In this document: piece after piece, positions 39,018 through 53,930 of the stretch
Layout: each line of letters begins with the position of its first letter
Position numbering within the stretch: the stretch's first letter is position 1
Assembly: GCA_964016885.1 (NCBI GenBank)
Contig: OZ024742.1
Span: 366,110,001 to 366,174,000, forward strand
Direction of reading: 5' to 3'
Source: Eledone cirrhosa
Lineage: Eukaryota
Length of the DNA: 64,000 nucleotides
Notes under the pieces: model-generated
Databases searched by the model: none
Seen by the model: only the letters and a program-made list of their open reading frames with translations
Told to the model about the DNA's origin: nothing
Translations under genes and position numbers: made by a program

Positions 39018-39280
39018 AGGCTAAGTGTTTAAAATGTCCATCACGAGTTCGATTCCCGGCAGTGAGTTGTGTCCTTAAGCAAGACACTTCATTTCACATT
39101 CTTCTTGTCCCATCAGCTAAATAAAGACATATTCCTGTAATTCAAAGTGTCAGGCTGACTCTCCCTGAGAATTCAGTTTACGATTTGTGAAATGTTTAGC
39201 CAAGGACTAATTTTATGAGAAGGCTGATCCGTTGATCGAGCAGCTGGAACACTCCTCTTCGTAACCAACGGAGTTCCAAC
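39018..39280 (+). mobile_element. Diverged tRNA-derived SINE
   Basis: B-box GAGTTCGATTCCC and core gtgtccttaagcaagacactt. Confidence 0.6.
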
Positions 39281-40037
39281 ACACACACATACATATAACG
39301 ACTGGGCTATACTCTCGCTCCTATATAATTATACAATTATCAAGGTTTGCCCCTTCCGAACCCAGTGGATCGATGAAGTTTATGATCAATATTCAAGTTA
39401 AAGCAGGAATGTATGCGTCTAAATTTCAAAGAAAGAAGGAAAGCAAGAAGTAAAAATGATGCAGGCATAAACATAGAGAAAGACGGACAAGCGAATAGGT
39501 AGAGTGATATATATATATGATGATGACTGCAAACTCTGCTAAGAGCATTGCAATCGCTTGTCAGATTATAGAGATTGGTACACTTTTAGGCTACAACCAG
39601 CCACATATCCTGAACAAGCAATGCTTGTGCTGTGAAGGTTTTTTTAAGTGAGGAAAGGCCCTTGAACTCGACCAATCCCACTCTCTGAGCATCGAAAATA
39701 CTACCCGAAAAGGAGAACTGGTCAACATCATCGGATGATTCCGAAGCCGCAGCTTTTTTTTTTTTTTCAGTTTCCCTCTCTAAAAAGGTATTGTGACAAC
39801 AATTGGGAGCCTTTCACTCCCAGATGAAAAAAACAAAAAAAGAATTACTATTTGGATGGCTGTTGACTCTGCTGAGTTCCCCCTCCCGTTCTCTTGTATT
39901 TCATCCCGCATGGTGTCCAAATATCACCCTCCTCACCAAGCAAACTAGGTGGGGTTGCCGATTTAGTCTCCGACAACCCGACTATGAGACAGGTTGTACT
40001 GGGTTACATGTTACCAGTAGCACTCGAGAGTGACCTG

Positions 40038-40099
<62 letters not shown>

Positions 40100-40231
40100 A
40101 GATTCAGGACCTGAATCTTTTCATATTACCCACTCTACTACCCCAAATATCGAGTACTCTGGTGGGTTATGTTTTTATTACATAATTAATATATATATAT
40201 ATATATATATATATAGGCACGTGCCTCCACA

Positions 40232-40283
<52 letters not shown>

Positions 40284-40416
40284 GATAAATCTACCAAGAG
40301 TTTACGGTAGTGTCCAATCCGTATGAAGAACTCAATGTAATCCGGATATCATGGAAAGAAGAGATGCAATGAAATATCACTTTCGGTGAAAGATAAACGG
40401 AATACAGAGTCAAGAT

Positions 40417-40832
40417 AAAATATTAAAAAAATAATGAATAAAACAATGAAACAGTTCCTTATATTAAACAAAAAAAGTTCATTATTTAACGATCGTTTCT
40501 AGGATATATATGTGTTAGAATTGGCATGCATATTCAACAGATCTATGTACAAAATTATACAAAATTATACAAACTATCAAAATTAAATATACATACCAAT
40601 ACATATATATGCCGTCTTCAGAAATATTTCATTATTTCTGAAGACGGCATATATATGTGTTGGTATGTATATTTAATTTTGATAGTTTGTATAATTTTGT
40701 ACATAGATCTGTTGAATATGCATGCCAATTCTAACACATATATATCCTAGAAACGATCGTTAAATAATGAACTTTTTTTGTTTAATATAAGGAACTGTTT
40801 CATTGTTTTATTCATTATTTTTTTAATATTTT
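40417..40832. repeat. ~205-bp-arm palindrome containing a hammerhead motif
   Basis: Near-perfect inverted arms around a 6-nt loop (40627-40632), with one ~10-bp indel. Confidence 0.92.
40628..40771 (+). ncRNA. Type I hammerhead ribozyme motif with ~105-nt extended stem II
   Basis: ttcattattt-CTGAAGA-[long hairpin]-GAAAC-gatc-GTT-aaataatgaa. Perfect 10-bp stem I and palindromic stem III. Confidence 0.7.
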
Positions 40833-40836
40833 TTTA

Positions 40837-40874
<38 letters not shown>

Positions 40875-40929
40875 GTATTTCCGTCGGAAAGTTACAGCAA
40901 AAAAGAGTGTTCTATGTAGGATACAGAGC

Positions 40930-41144
40930 TTATTAGTTATGTAATAAACAACATAAGATAATTATTTCATTTACCAGTGGTTTCTTGAAGACAGATTTTA
41001 TGTCTGTCTTCAGTCGTCAGAATGAATAAATAACACAGTGTTATTTATTCATTCTGACGACTGAAGACAGACATAAAATCTGCCTTCAAGAAACCACTGG
41101 TAAATGAAATAATTATCTTATGTTGTTTATTACATAACTAATAA
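40930..41144. repeat. ~107-bp-arm palindrome carrying a complete hammerhead on each strand
   Basis: Centre at 41037, with near-identical arms. Confidence 0.92.
41048..41108 (+). ncRNA. Type I hammerhead ribozyme motif (mirror copy at 40966-41026, minus)
   Basis: ttcatt-CTGACGA-ctgaagacaga/tctgccttcaa-GAAAC-cactg-GTA-aatgaa. Confidence 0.8.
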
Positions 41145-41177
41145 ATAAATAAATATATATATATATATGTGTGTGTG

Positions 41178-41445
41178 TGGAGGCACGTGGCCTAGTGGTA
41201 AGGCTGTTGGACTTACGATATCATAATGTCATGGTTTCGATTCCTGGGTTGTGTGTTGTGCTCTTAAGCAAAACACTTCATTTCACGTTGCTCCAGTATA
41301 CTCAGTTGAAAATGAGTACCAGCAATAGCTGGGGGTTTAACCCTACGATGGACTGGCGTCTTCTCCAGGGGTTGAGGGAGTCTTGTACTCTTAGTTGCTT
41401 CACGCCATGAAACCGGGATAGACACCGGCCAATGACCCTTCTGAA
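41178..41445 (+). mobile_element. tRNA-derived SINE
   Basis: A-box TGGCCTAGTGG, B-box GTTTCGATTCC and family A-like core. Confidence 0.7.
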
Positions 41446-41837
41446 AGGGTGGTGGTGGTGATGATGGTGGTGATGGTGATGGTGGTGGTTTTGGTGATGG
41501 TAGTGGTGGTGGTGGTGGCGGTAGTGGTGGTGATGATGATGATGATGAGGGCAGTCACGATGGTGATAATGAAGGTGTTGATGATGATGATAGTGGTGGC
41601 GATGACGACAACGAATGTTATGAAAAGGAAGGGGGGGGGTAATATTCTGGCGACTCTGAATTTCTATTTGACAGGAGGACATTGACAAATATTTAATCAC
41701 CTCATTTAACCAACTTGAGTAGTGCATTGTGGGAGGGGTGAGGGTGGACTGTGTAGTGGGTGGGGGTAGGAGGAGTCTGTAGTGGGAGGGGTGTGGGACG
41801 GCTGGCATACTCTGTGCATAATTATATAAGTGCGCAC

Positions 41838-42345
<508 letters not shown>

Positions 42346-42685
42346 ATACGAATAAATAAGGAAAATATGTTTATTCAAAAATATAGACCAGCATTAAATA
42401 TATAATTTAATATACATTATGTCAACACCATAACATGCTAACCATCCAAACATACACATACATATACACATACACACACACACATAACACCCCCATCCCA
42501 CCCACACACACACCAACAACTCCTTCCCCCATTTCTACTAATAGAATCACTTTCCTACACACATACACACACACAAAATGTATATATTCTCTCCATCTTA
42601 ACATACTCCCCCCCCCAACACACACATAACACCCATACACACACACAACTCCCTCCCCCATTTCTACTAATAGAATCATCTTCCT

Positions 42686-42758
<73 letters not shown>

Positions 42759-43913
42759 AGCACACAAATAAACATACATATCTCTACTTTCTTTATTTCA
42801 ATAGAAAGTCTGAATTCTAACACCCCAGCAAACCAGCCATATTCACTGAACCAGAACAATTCTCCCCATCCCATTTCTTTTGACCATTATCTTTTGTTTG
42901 TCATAAAATTCTATAAACGGCTACAAAATAAATTCCCAAATACGGGCGCGAAATTTAATGAACTTCTTCACGTGACAGTCATAATTTCATTTATAACCGA
43001 TCAAATTACATTTATAAAAAAAAAGCCTTCGTGAGCCCCTTTTTTAAAGTAAAAAGAAATTCAAACAAACTGGCGCGAATGCTGATGTGCTTATTCACGT
43101 GACTGCAACAACCAACCAAACTTCACTTATATATGAAAAAACAACCTGAGCTCCCCCCCCACCTTTGTTTGAAGAACTTTGTAACGCGAACTGGCGCGAA
43201 ATTTATTATACTTATTCAACAACCAATCAAATTACTTCTCTAAAACCTGGCGTTTCGAGGCACTTTTTTCCATATAAAACAAGTAACATTCAAAGACCAA
43301 CCAGGTGTGAGAAAAACCACAGACCCTCCATCTAAACTCTACTTTTGAAAACCAGAAGAACTACGAAACCGGTAAAGGAACCAAATAAATATATATATAT
43401 ATTCTAAAATAAGACTCCAGTTGCATTTTCGATTTCATCTTTTTTCCTTATACTTTCACTCGTGTAGGTCACCTCGGTTATTTTTAATTTTGTAAAAAAA
43501 ACTTAACTTTCTAATATATATACATATATATATATATAATAATAATAATACTATTTATAGTTACGTATATAGTATAAACAACTATAAATTGAATTGAATT
43601 TGAATTTGAATGCTTGTACAATTATGGTACAATTCTTGTAAAATATATGTCGCATCCATCCCACCCTGTAAATACGAAACTGTTGCTCACAACATCAATT
43701 TATATGTATCTATATTATTGTTCAGTTGAATAGGAGGTTAATTATATGTGCAAACACTGATAATGCTCCGATGGCTCCAAACGAGAGTTTGGAAGAAACG
43801 ATTGTCAGCTATTAAATGATTTGAACACAACTTTGATAATTGTATAATTTATTTATTATTATTATATATATATATATATAATACATTATACAATTATATT
43901 ATATATATATACT

Positions 43914-43991
<78 letters not shown>

Positions 43992-44349
43992 AGTCGTTTG
44001 GAAGCCTCGACAATGCAAATGGGTAAATCTCCGGGTAACAAGGTCCGGTGGTGGAGAGAGAGATATGTAAGTGGGTGTACGTTGAGATGCGTGGTGTGTA
44101 TAAGATGTGTGAGATGTGTAGAATGAAGGGAAGAGTAAAAGAATAAAAATAATAATAACAACACAAGAGAGAGAGTTACCTTGGGAGAGATTTAATAGTC
44201 CCTATATATTTCGGATTCACATCCATCAACTGGGGTTTTTTCCGGGGTGGGGGAAAAGGTTGTCTGTCGGACAATTCGGAACGCGTCTTTCGCTGTTTGT
44301 TGATTTGAATATATATATATATATAATATATATATATATATCTAAGTCG

Positions 44350-44705
44350 GGTAAAATTCCCGAGATCCATGGACGAGTTCTCTCCAGCGGTCTCTGTCCC
44401 TCATTATCGCTGCCATGTCCTGCGTCTCCAACAGACCAGTGTCTGTCCTTAGGGCATCAACATACGTTAACCTTGGTCTTCCTCTTCTAGTGTGTCCATG
44501 TAGGGGCTCTCAAAGGAGCACTGAGTGCAATGTCAACTCTGGATGTCGGTGAGCATGTCCAGCTAACCTCAGTCTCCTCTGTGTCACTTTTGAGCTGACT
44601 CTTGGGAGGCTCCCATACAGCTCTGAGTTTTTCATTCTCAGTGTATACTGATTAATGTTCAGAGCCATCCTCAGCATTCTCGTGTAGCACCCATCCACCA
44701 TCTGA
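44350..44705 (-). mobile_element. RTE-group LINE 3' fragment (related degraded copy at ~56820-57370, +)
   Basis: DGCYTRMLRMALN...LYGSLP...RRLRLAGH...RRGRPRLTYVD. Confidence 0.75.
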
Positions 44706-46859
44706 GTGTATATATAAATACAAGGATCGGAACCAAGAGCACTCCGCAGTTCACAATAATAATAATAATATTAGCTCAAAGAAGAATAGAGAATTTTCTT
44801 CTGAGCTCAAATGCAAATATATTACACAAAGAGAAGTGTGTTACACAGTGAGATGTGTGTAAAGAATTATTACAAGTGAGTTTTACCGTTACTGTATAGA
44901 GAACAATATCTACAGGTTTAGCAATTAAATAGAAAAAAACTAAGTCACAATCAAATCTCTGAATTAGAGTTTTAAATTACCAACCTTATAACTATAAGTT
45001 TGCTGATACGAATCTCGCTTCGTTTCACCACAGAAATGTGCAGTATAACAGTTCACAGGATCCCCAGTCAGCAAATGTGGATTCTGTTCACCACACATCT
45101 AACCTCATGGATAGAGAGAAAGCTAATATACACGCTGCCCAGAGTAGGGTGAAATCACGTGTTATTTGCATCAAATAACGACTCTCATGGATTGGGTAAA
45201 AAGCTAGAGAGAGCAGCCCAACCAATCGAATTTATTAGCTCTACAATTTGGAGCTCGCTTGTAATAATTCTTTACACACATCTCACTGTGTAACACACTT
45301 CTCTTTGTGTAATATATTTATATATATATATACATACACACACACACACACACACATATGTATATATATATATATATACACACGCACAACACACACACGC
45401 GCGCCAACTAAATGTTGTAACTTCTCTATCTCTTCCACCTTGTCTCTCTCACTCCCCCTTCTGTTCATACTTTCTCTCCTTGGATAAAATATTGGACTTT
45501 GTCCCTATCTCTTCTTTTCAGTTACAACACATTGGTTTGTAGCAATTTTTATCTTATTTGTAAATAGTCGAAAGACCAATCGTCTTCTCTTGCATCCATT
45601 TGTTACTGTTCAATGTGCACAATGAGTCAGTTTTATCGATCTTAGAGTACTGAAACAATGTATCTCCTACGATTGATTACTGAGAGGGGACGCTCCCGTG
45701 TCCCGCCCTTTCCCTTGCTTTTTTATTCATTTTTATTCATGTTTTATTCATGTTTTATGTATGACTTTAGCTATGGGGGATACCTTTTCAAATACACTTA
45801 CAATACGTTATTGGACTTCCGTCAGTTCCGGCGAAGAATGTTCGTGTTGCTTGAACAACGTTACAACCTACCCGTGAACTCACTGTGCAACTGATTGAGC
45901 CCACCACAGACACGTGTACACTAAACCTAATTTTGAGTGATATTGAGTATTACTTATTATGTGAGAGGTCCTAGTACCGTAAGTATGGTATGTTTGAACC
46001 CGTTTCACTTGAGAGTCTCGTCTTATTGACATATGGCATAGTGTGACTTGCTGAAACCCGTCTCCTCTAGGTCTGAAGACAGTTAATTTCTTCCAGACAA
46101 GGATAGAGAGGGAGAGATTAGAAGTGAGGAGGAATCAGTTCCAGAACAAGACTGGCTCTTTTATTATCAACCTCGAATGGACGAAAGTCAAAGATGACCT
46201 CAGCAACATCCCAGCCTAGAGACTAAAGAGTCGAAACAAACACCGCAAAGCATTCTACCCGATGTTCTAAAGATTCTGTCAATTCGCCCCCTTTATATAG
46301 ATACACTGAATAATGTGCCGCTGGTAATCACAACCTTACGATTGTGAGGGGAACACATGAAGCCATGACCTAGGGACTGTCGTACCTTTAATATATACAT
46401 CCACTTTCAAATACAAAGAGACACACCTATCTGTTGGTTTTAATGAATGGAGGACATTGTACTCAATACTAAAGTTGGGTGATTATGTCTCTTAATTAAC
46501 CATCTATCAAGCCAGAGACCTTTTAATGTGTTGAAGGGGATAACTTTGAACATCTCCAGATCTGGATACAACCAATTTCTTCCAGACAGAGAGGGGAGGG
46601 GGGGGGGGAGAAAGAGTAGAGGATATATATATATATATATATACCTTACTTGAGTATAGACAGAAGTGACACAAACCAATGTGCTCGAGTATCAGCAAGC
46701 TGGAGTTTTAATGAAAAAACAATTTAACCTAATAACAAATATGTTGATAACCCAAAACGGAGAAAGCAGGCTTTGCTAATATCAATCCTTTGTACATGTT
46801 ATAAAGATTCTTTATATATATATTAGATGCGCTTTTCAAACCGTTTTATTAATCATGTT

Positions 46860-46933
<74 letters not shown>

Positions 46934-46947
46934 GTACACACACACAA

Positions 46948-47017
<70 letters not shown>

Positions 47018-47031
47018 GTACACACACACAA

Positions 47032-47102
<71 letters not shown>

Positions 47103-47128
47103 CATTCGGGGATATATATACACACACG

Positions 47129-47163
<35 letters not shown>

Positions 47164-47165
<2 letters not shown>

Positions 47166-48010
47166 GCAGTCTGACCTGGACACAATGCAACAATTGATCT
47201 CAGACTGGCAACTCAAGCTGGCTGTGGACAAGTGTACCACCATGCATTTTGGGAGTAAAAACCCAGCGTCCACATACTCCCTCCACAGCACTAATATCAA
47301 GAAGTCTTCTTGTGAACGTGACCTGGGCATTACGGTCAGCAGCGGTTTGCGTTGGACGAAGCACGTTTCTAAATTGTCAAGAGGACCGAGGGCGTCTTAG
47401 CATTACTCAGCAAGACCTTTGTTAGCCGCTCTCCAGCCATCTATTTAAGGCTGTACATGGCTACGGTGCGACCATACTTAGAATTTGCATCACCAGTCTG
47501 GAACATCTATCTTGCTCAGAACATTGACCGCCTGGAAACTGTTCAGAGACGTGCAACCAAGCGAATACCCTCCATCAGGCATCTACCATACTCTGAGCGC
47601 CTTGCTTCCCTGGGCATGGATACATTGAACCCCGACGCCTGGCAACTGACTTGGTAAACACCCACAAAATTATTAACCATGTTGCCAACAACAACCGTGA
47701 GTACCTTTTTGATTTCCATGTGTCTAACACACGTGGACATGCCCACAAAGAAAGAAAACAGCACAGTTCCCATGACTTTCGGAAACATTTTTTCACGCTC
47801 AGAGTTGCTGAAGCATGGAACAAACTACCTGCATCAGTTGTTAGCTGTCGAGACACTGCATCCTTTAAGGCCTCCATGCTTCCCGAGATCCGCCAACACT
47901 ACAGCTAACACATACACACATGTACTTCCGTGACATTTGTGTATTATTCTATGTACTATAATTACACCTTTGACGAGTTGTAGTGCACCTGAGCACTTTA
48001 CACAATATTT

Positions 48011-48033
<23 letters not shown>
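47164..48033 (+). mobile_element. 5'-truncated CR1 LINE
   Basis: Closely matches 5945-6821. Holds a single copy of the 61-bp unit and an (ATT)n tail. Confidence 0.92.
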
Positions 48034-48067
<34 letters not shown>

Positions 48068-48260
48068 ATAATAATAAATTTGCAGACTAAAATCCAAAGA
48101 GGGCTTCATAAGGATAAATATATATCAAATATATAAGAACAGATTAAAGTTTAAGCAAAGAATCGCTACTTTCACCCTTAACGGGATCTTCATAAACTCA
48201 GAAGATCCCGTTAAGGGTGAAAGCAGCGATTCTTTGCTTAAACTTTAATCTGTTATTTTA

Positions 48261-48304
<44 letters not shown>

Positions 48305-48309
<5 letters not shown>

Positions 48310-48421
48310 AACGAGTAGGACCCCGACGGCTGAGCTCAAGCCGTTTCGACGGCTAATTCTGGTCCAGAATTAGCCGTCGAAACGGCTTGAGCTCAGCCGT
48401 CGGGGTCCTACTCGTTCCTAT
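48305..48421. repeat. ~57-bp-arm palindrome containing the 3' half of a hammerhead
   Basis: Centre ~48361. GAAACGGCT-tgagctc-AGCCGTC forms stem III plus a GUC site. Confidence 0.8.
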
Positions 48422-48497
48422 TACCCACTCTACTACCCTAAGTATTGAGTACTTTGGTACGTTATGGTCCATCTGGTTCCTTACCACATTTCCTTCG

Positions 48498-48561
<64 letters not shown>

Positions 48562-48659
48562 TGTTATACTTGTGGAGGTTCATATTTGTGTAATAATATT
48601 GCCAGAATTAATAACAGAACACACTCACTGCTTGGTTGGTTTTCGCTTCTCTGTCTTTT

Positions 48660-49325
48660 ATATCGGTTAATTTAATTTATTCGGTCCTCACTGTTACCAT
48701 TGACTGACCAACGGTTAAAAATACAGATATAATATAGACACAAACACATATATATAGTCTAACAAAGTTCTTTCGTTGCACATCTGCAACATCGTCAGTG
48801 GTGCTATTATGTTTCCTCCTGTTGCATTGTATGCCTACGCCATCTTTATTTAATCTGTTTATTTATTTATTTATTTTTTTTTTGTCTTCTCTGCGCATGC
48901 GTTTCCGTGTGTGTATAGTGTTTGATGTGTGTTCGAGTTTGGGTGACTGTGTATTGGTTATTGTATTCTATCTTAGTTTACTAGTGTGTGTTTATATGTG
49001 TTTGTTGTCATTGAGATTGTGTATGTATTTATTTATTTATTTATTTATTTATACTTCTCTTAGGTCAGTATTGTTTGTTTGGGTGTTGTTATTCCATTCA
49101 TTTTTTTCTGTTTAGCCTTGGCCTCTCTGATTTGCCTATCTGCTGGGTCATTTCTATGTTTAGATATTATTCTAACTTCTATGTTGTCTATGTTACCGTG
49201 GTGTTGTTGTCTAGCATGTTCGTTTTAGTACTGAACTGTTTTTTCGTCCTTTTAGTTCCCCCCAGTGTTGGTCTATCCTTTCACCTATGCTACGAGCTGT
49301 CTCGTCTATGTATGTTGTTGTCATA
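48660..49325 (-). mobile_element. Penelope-like 3' fragment (GIY-YIG end + terminal repeat with hammerhead at ~48761-48802)
   Basis: YIDETARSIGERIDQHW...RQIREA matches the C-terminus of the 61938 ORF. Contains CTGACGA-tgttgcagatgtgcaac-GAAAGAACTT. Confidence 0.8.
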
Positions 49326-49610
49326 ACAATATTTGTTTCGACACACAATTTCATATCAAAAACCTCGCAAAACTAATATATATATAATATATATATATAT
49401 ATATTAGAAAATGAGGTTTTTTTACAAAATGAAAAAAAACGAGGTGTCCTACACGAGTGAAAGTACAAGTAAAGAAGATTAAATCGAAAATGCAACTGGA
49501 GTCTTATTTAAAAAAATATATATATTTATTTGATTCTTTTACCGGTTTCGCAGTTCTTCTGCTTTTCAAAACTATAGTTGAGATGGAGAGTTTGTGGTTT
49601 TTCTCGCGAG

Positions 49611-49653
<43 letters not shown>

Positions 49654-49833
49654 AAGAGAAAGAGAAAGAGAGAGAGTGTGAGTGAGAGAGAATCTATGGT
49701 GCTGAGACCAAGGAGACCACTAGTCATTTGAGTACTCGATATATGGGGAGATGTAGAATGGGTATAGAGATATGTAAGATCCCAAACGCGGCGCCAAGCC
49801 GAAACCGCTCGGCACCGCGGTCGGGGATTTACA

Positions 49834-49904
<71 letters not shown>

Positions 49905-50029
49905 TAATCAGTCAGTTAAGTATATAGCCCAATCGATCAAAGCCACTCACTAGACAAAAGTTGTTAATGCCAATTTTATAAATTACTTTTAAAATAGAAA
50001 CCAGTTTATTTCAAAGCGACAGATAATGA

Positions 50030-50030
50030 C

Positions 50031-50087
<57 letters not shown>

Positions 50088-50185
50088 CCAGTAGTAGTAG
50101 TAATAGTAGTAGTAGCAGTAGTAGTAGTAGAAGTAGTAACAATAGTAGCAGTAGTAATAGCAGTAGTAGTAACAGTAGTAGTTGC

Positions 50186-50238
<53 letters not shown>

Positions 50239-50412
50239 CAGTAGTAGCAGTAGTAGTAGCAGTAGTAGTAGCAGTAGTAGTTGCAGTAGTAGTAGCAGTA
50301 GTACCAATAGTAGTAGTAGTAGTAGTAGTAGTAGCAGTAGTAGCAGTAGTAGCAGTAGTAGTAGCAGTAGTAGTAGCAGTAGTAGTTGCAGTAGTAGTAG
50401 CAGTAGTACCAA

Positions 50413-50448
<36 letters not shown>

Positions 50449-50488
50449 GAGTAGTAATAGTAGCAGTAGTAGTAGCAGTAGTACCAGT
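50030..50488. repeat. (GTA)n/(GCA) trinucleotide tract
   Basis: Direct reading. Confidence 0.95.
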
Positions 50489-50869
50489 ATCCAACCTTGG
50501 CACCAAGCCAGAGCTATTTGCTAAAATCCAGATTTTAACTGATTTATTTTTATATTTATACTTTTATATATTTTCTCGACCTAGAAAAAAATAAAATTGG
50601 TCTTTGAAAATAAAGGAACCCCACTTAACGCCCCCGCAGATTATTGTGTTGGAATGGACCTCCAGCGGATTCGACGACGAGCATTCCCAATATTGACATG
50701 CATGACAGAATTTTACCACAGACTGAGATGGAACTCGTCAGATCGGACCAAGGAATCAATGTTTCCATTGGTCTTTCCAATTACTAATATCATCTACCAG
50801 TCACAACTGCTTAAACATCAAACAGCCGTCTCCAAAAACATCTGACTGAAGAAATGACAAGTCAGTCAA

Positions 50870-51412
50870 TCATATTGGTGGCCTCCCCACAGCCCTGGCG
50901 GACAGAATGGAGAAGGTATTTCCCTGGTGGACGGCAAGGGAGACGCGCTGGAAAAGCCATTCCAGCTCGCGAGGCTCACACCTGCGGTTGGCTAGCTCAG
51001 CGCCTATGGTGGTGAGTAGGGAAGTAGCCCTAGGGCTGAGGACACCAGAAGTCCCCACTGCCAAAGGTACAACCGAAAACCTGTCGGAGAGCGACCGGTA
51101 CTTGAAGAGCTTGGCCTCCTCAGCCTGACGTGCAGCAGAACCTGGGTTAGTCGCATACTGCACCAGGTTGCGGCTGGAGAAAGTGTAGGTGCAAGTGGCA
51201 TCCCAGACGAGGGGTTTGCCACCGCGGAACGGGAAGATGGTCATGCCATCTGGCCTTTTGCCGTCCCCTCGGTCCAGCCCCACCGGCTCGAGTTGGGAAG
51301 GGAAGCCTGCAGCGTCCAAGCCATGCTTTATGACATCATTGAGGGCAGCATGGCGTGGAAGGCGGCCGGCACTTTGGTGACAGGAAAGCGGATGGAGGCT
51401 GAAAGAGTCCAC
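50870..51412 (-). mobile_element. CRE-clade REL endonuclease fragment, open frame
   Basis: HPLSC...RHAALNDVIK...[16 protein letters not shown]...WDATC...PLAVGTSG. Confidence 0.88.
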
Positions 51413-52217
51413 GGAGTCATAACTCCTGGAAGTGGCAGTAACGTAACATTAAATGTCTTATTAAAGGTCATAACGCATTGCATGGTATCGAACTCCCAAT
51501 CTCTTGTGAAACGAACTCTTTAACCACTAGGCTGCGAACCCTCACAATCCCATACATATGTGTTCTTTTAATGTAGCTATCAAAGACAATACTTGTAAGA
51601 CTGTGTATAACAAAACTCTCTCTTGAAATTACTGATACAACTTATATTTTGAGCTGAGAAGACTGGAGCAGCGGAAAATAAAGGACTCAACATTACTCTG
51701 GGAGTTGAACACACGCCCTTACGAACACGAGCCAAACACCCTAACCTTAAGCCACCCAGCTCCACTAGACACGTGTATCTTTAACGTAATTCTCAGAGAA
51801 GTTCACCGTCTACAGTCAATACAGGTACAGTTTCTCTTTACGGGCTTCCAAGCAGTTTCTGTCCACCCGAATTCACATTGTGCTACATAGAATCTCCCGG
51901 AACATCATATTAAGAGTAGAAGTGTTTATAGAATGTTCAGGCATTTCCACGTTACTTTCACGAGAAGAAAGCTTTGTTGATCAAAGAACTGGAACACCCA
52001 TCGTCGAAACTGACGCAGGTCCATTTCTATTCCATTTACTTGTATAAAACGTTTAACTCAACAGCTTATAGCAATAAAGTAAAGTGTACTTAGTGATAAA
52101 GTTACACCATACATTGTTTGAGTGGCACAGTGAGAGGATGGTCAGATCTTTGGCTTATCTTCACATTTTCTTAATATTTATTTGACGATTTATGAATGCC
52201 TTATGTTAGCTACAGCA

Positions 52218-52251
<34 letters not shown>

Positions 52252-52252
52252 G

Positions 52253-53255
<1,003 letters not shown>

Positions 53256-53441
53256 AATATTACACTCTGTATAGCTCTACACCTCATCACAGAAGGGAAC
53301 CTAAACATCGAGTGCTCTCCCGGGTGAACCTGCAATAACTCCAAGTTACACCCCCTGGATATATATATATATACGTTTATGTATTTGTTTTGCATGTTTC
53401 TTGATGTGAAATCGTGTGTTGAAACCAATATTTATATATTA

Positions 53442-53930
53442 CTAGCTGGCCCGTCCAACTGGCGCCGGCTAGGTATACGGCATTTTATCTTTCCAGGAAT
53501 CCCCCCTCCACTCCAGTGCAAAGAATAATTTGTACAACCATAATGCAAATTCCATGTAACAGAAAATATTTAAATTACATTGTTAGAGCCTCAGAGTATA
53601 CAATATTTTTTGTTCGGCCCTCCGGAGCAAAGATGAAGAGATTGTTTGGCGACCTCACCCTAGAGCATCCTACATACAATTAACCATGGGAGAATCACTG
53701 ATCTCGTATCTCGTCTCACGGAGAAGCTCTGTAGACGACCTCTGGACACTCCTGTCAGGAGCAGGTAAGTTGTAGTGACTCAGAGGCCTACCACCAATTT
53801 CCAGGACACTGTTTTCAAGACAAATGAGCGCCTCATTGAAAACAACATCGTATGTTACGTTTGGATTGTGTCTGCGTGTGCGGTGGAGGATGTCCTCAGC
53901 TAGACTTTCACGGCGCATATTAGGTAATAT
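53442..53930 (-). mobile_element. Internally deleted Helitron 3' end
   Basis: ESLAEDILHR segment fused to FSHG*LYVGCSRV...TKNIVYSEAL, followed by a GC-rich subterminal stretch and terminal CTAG|T. Confidence 0.85.
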
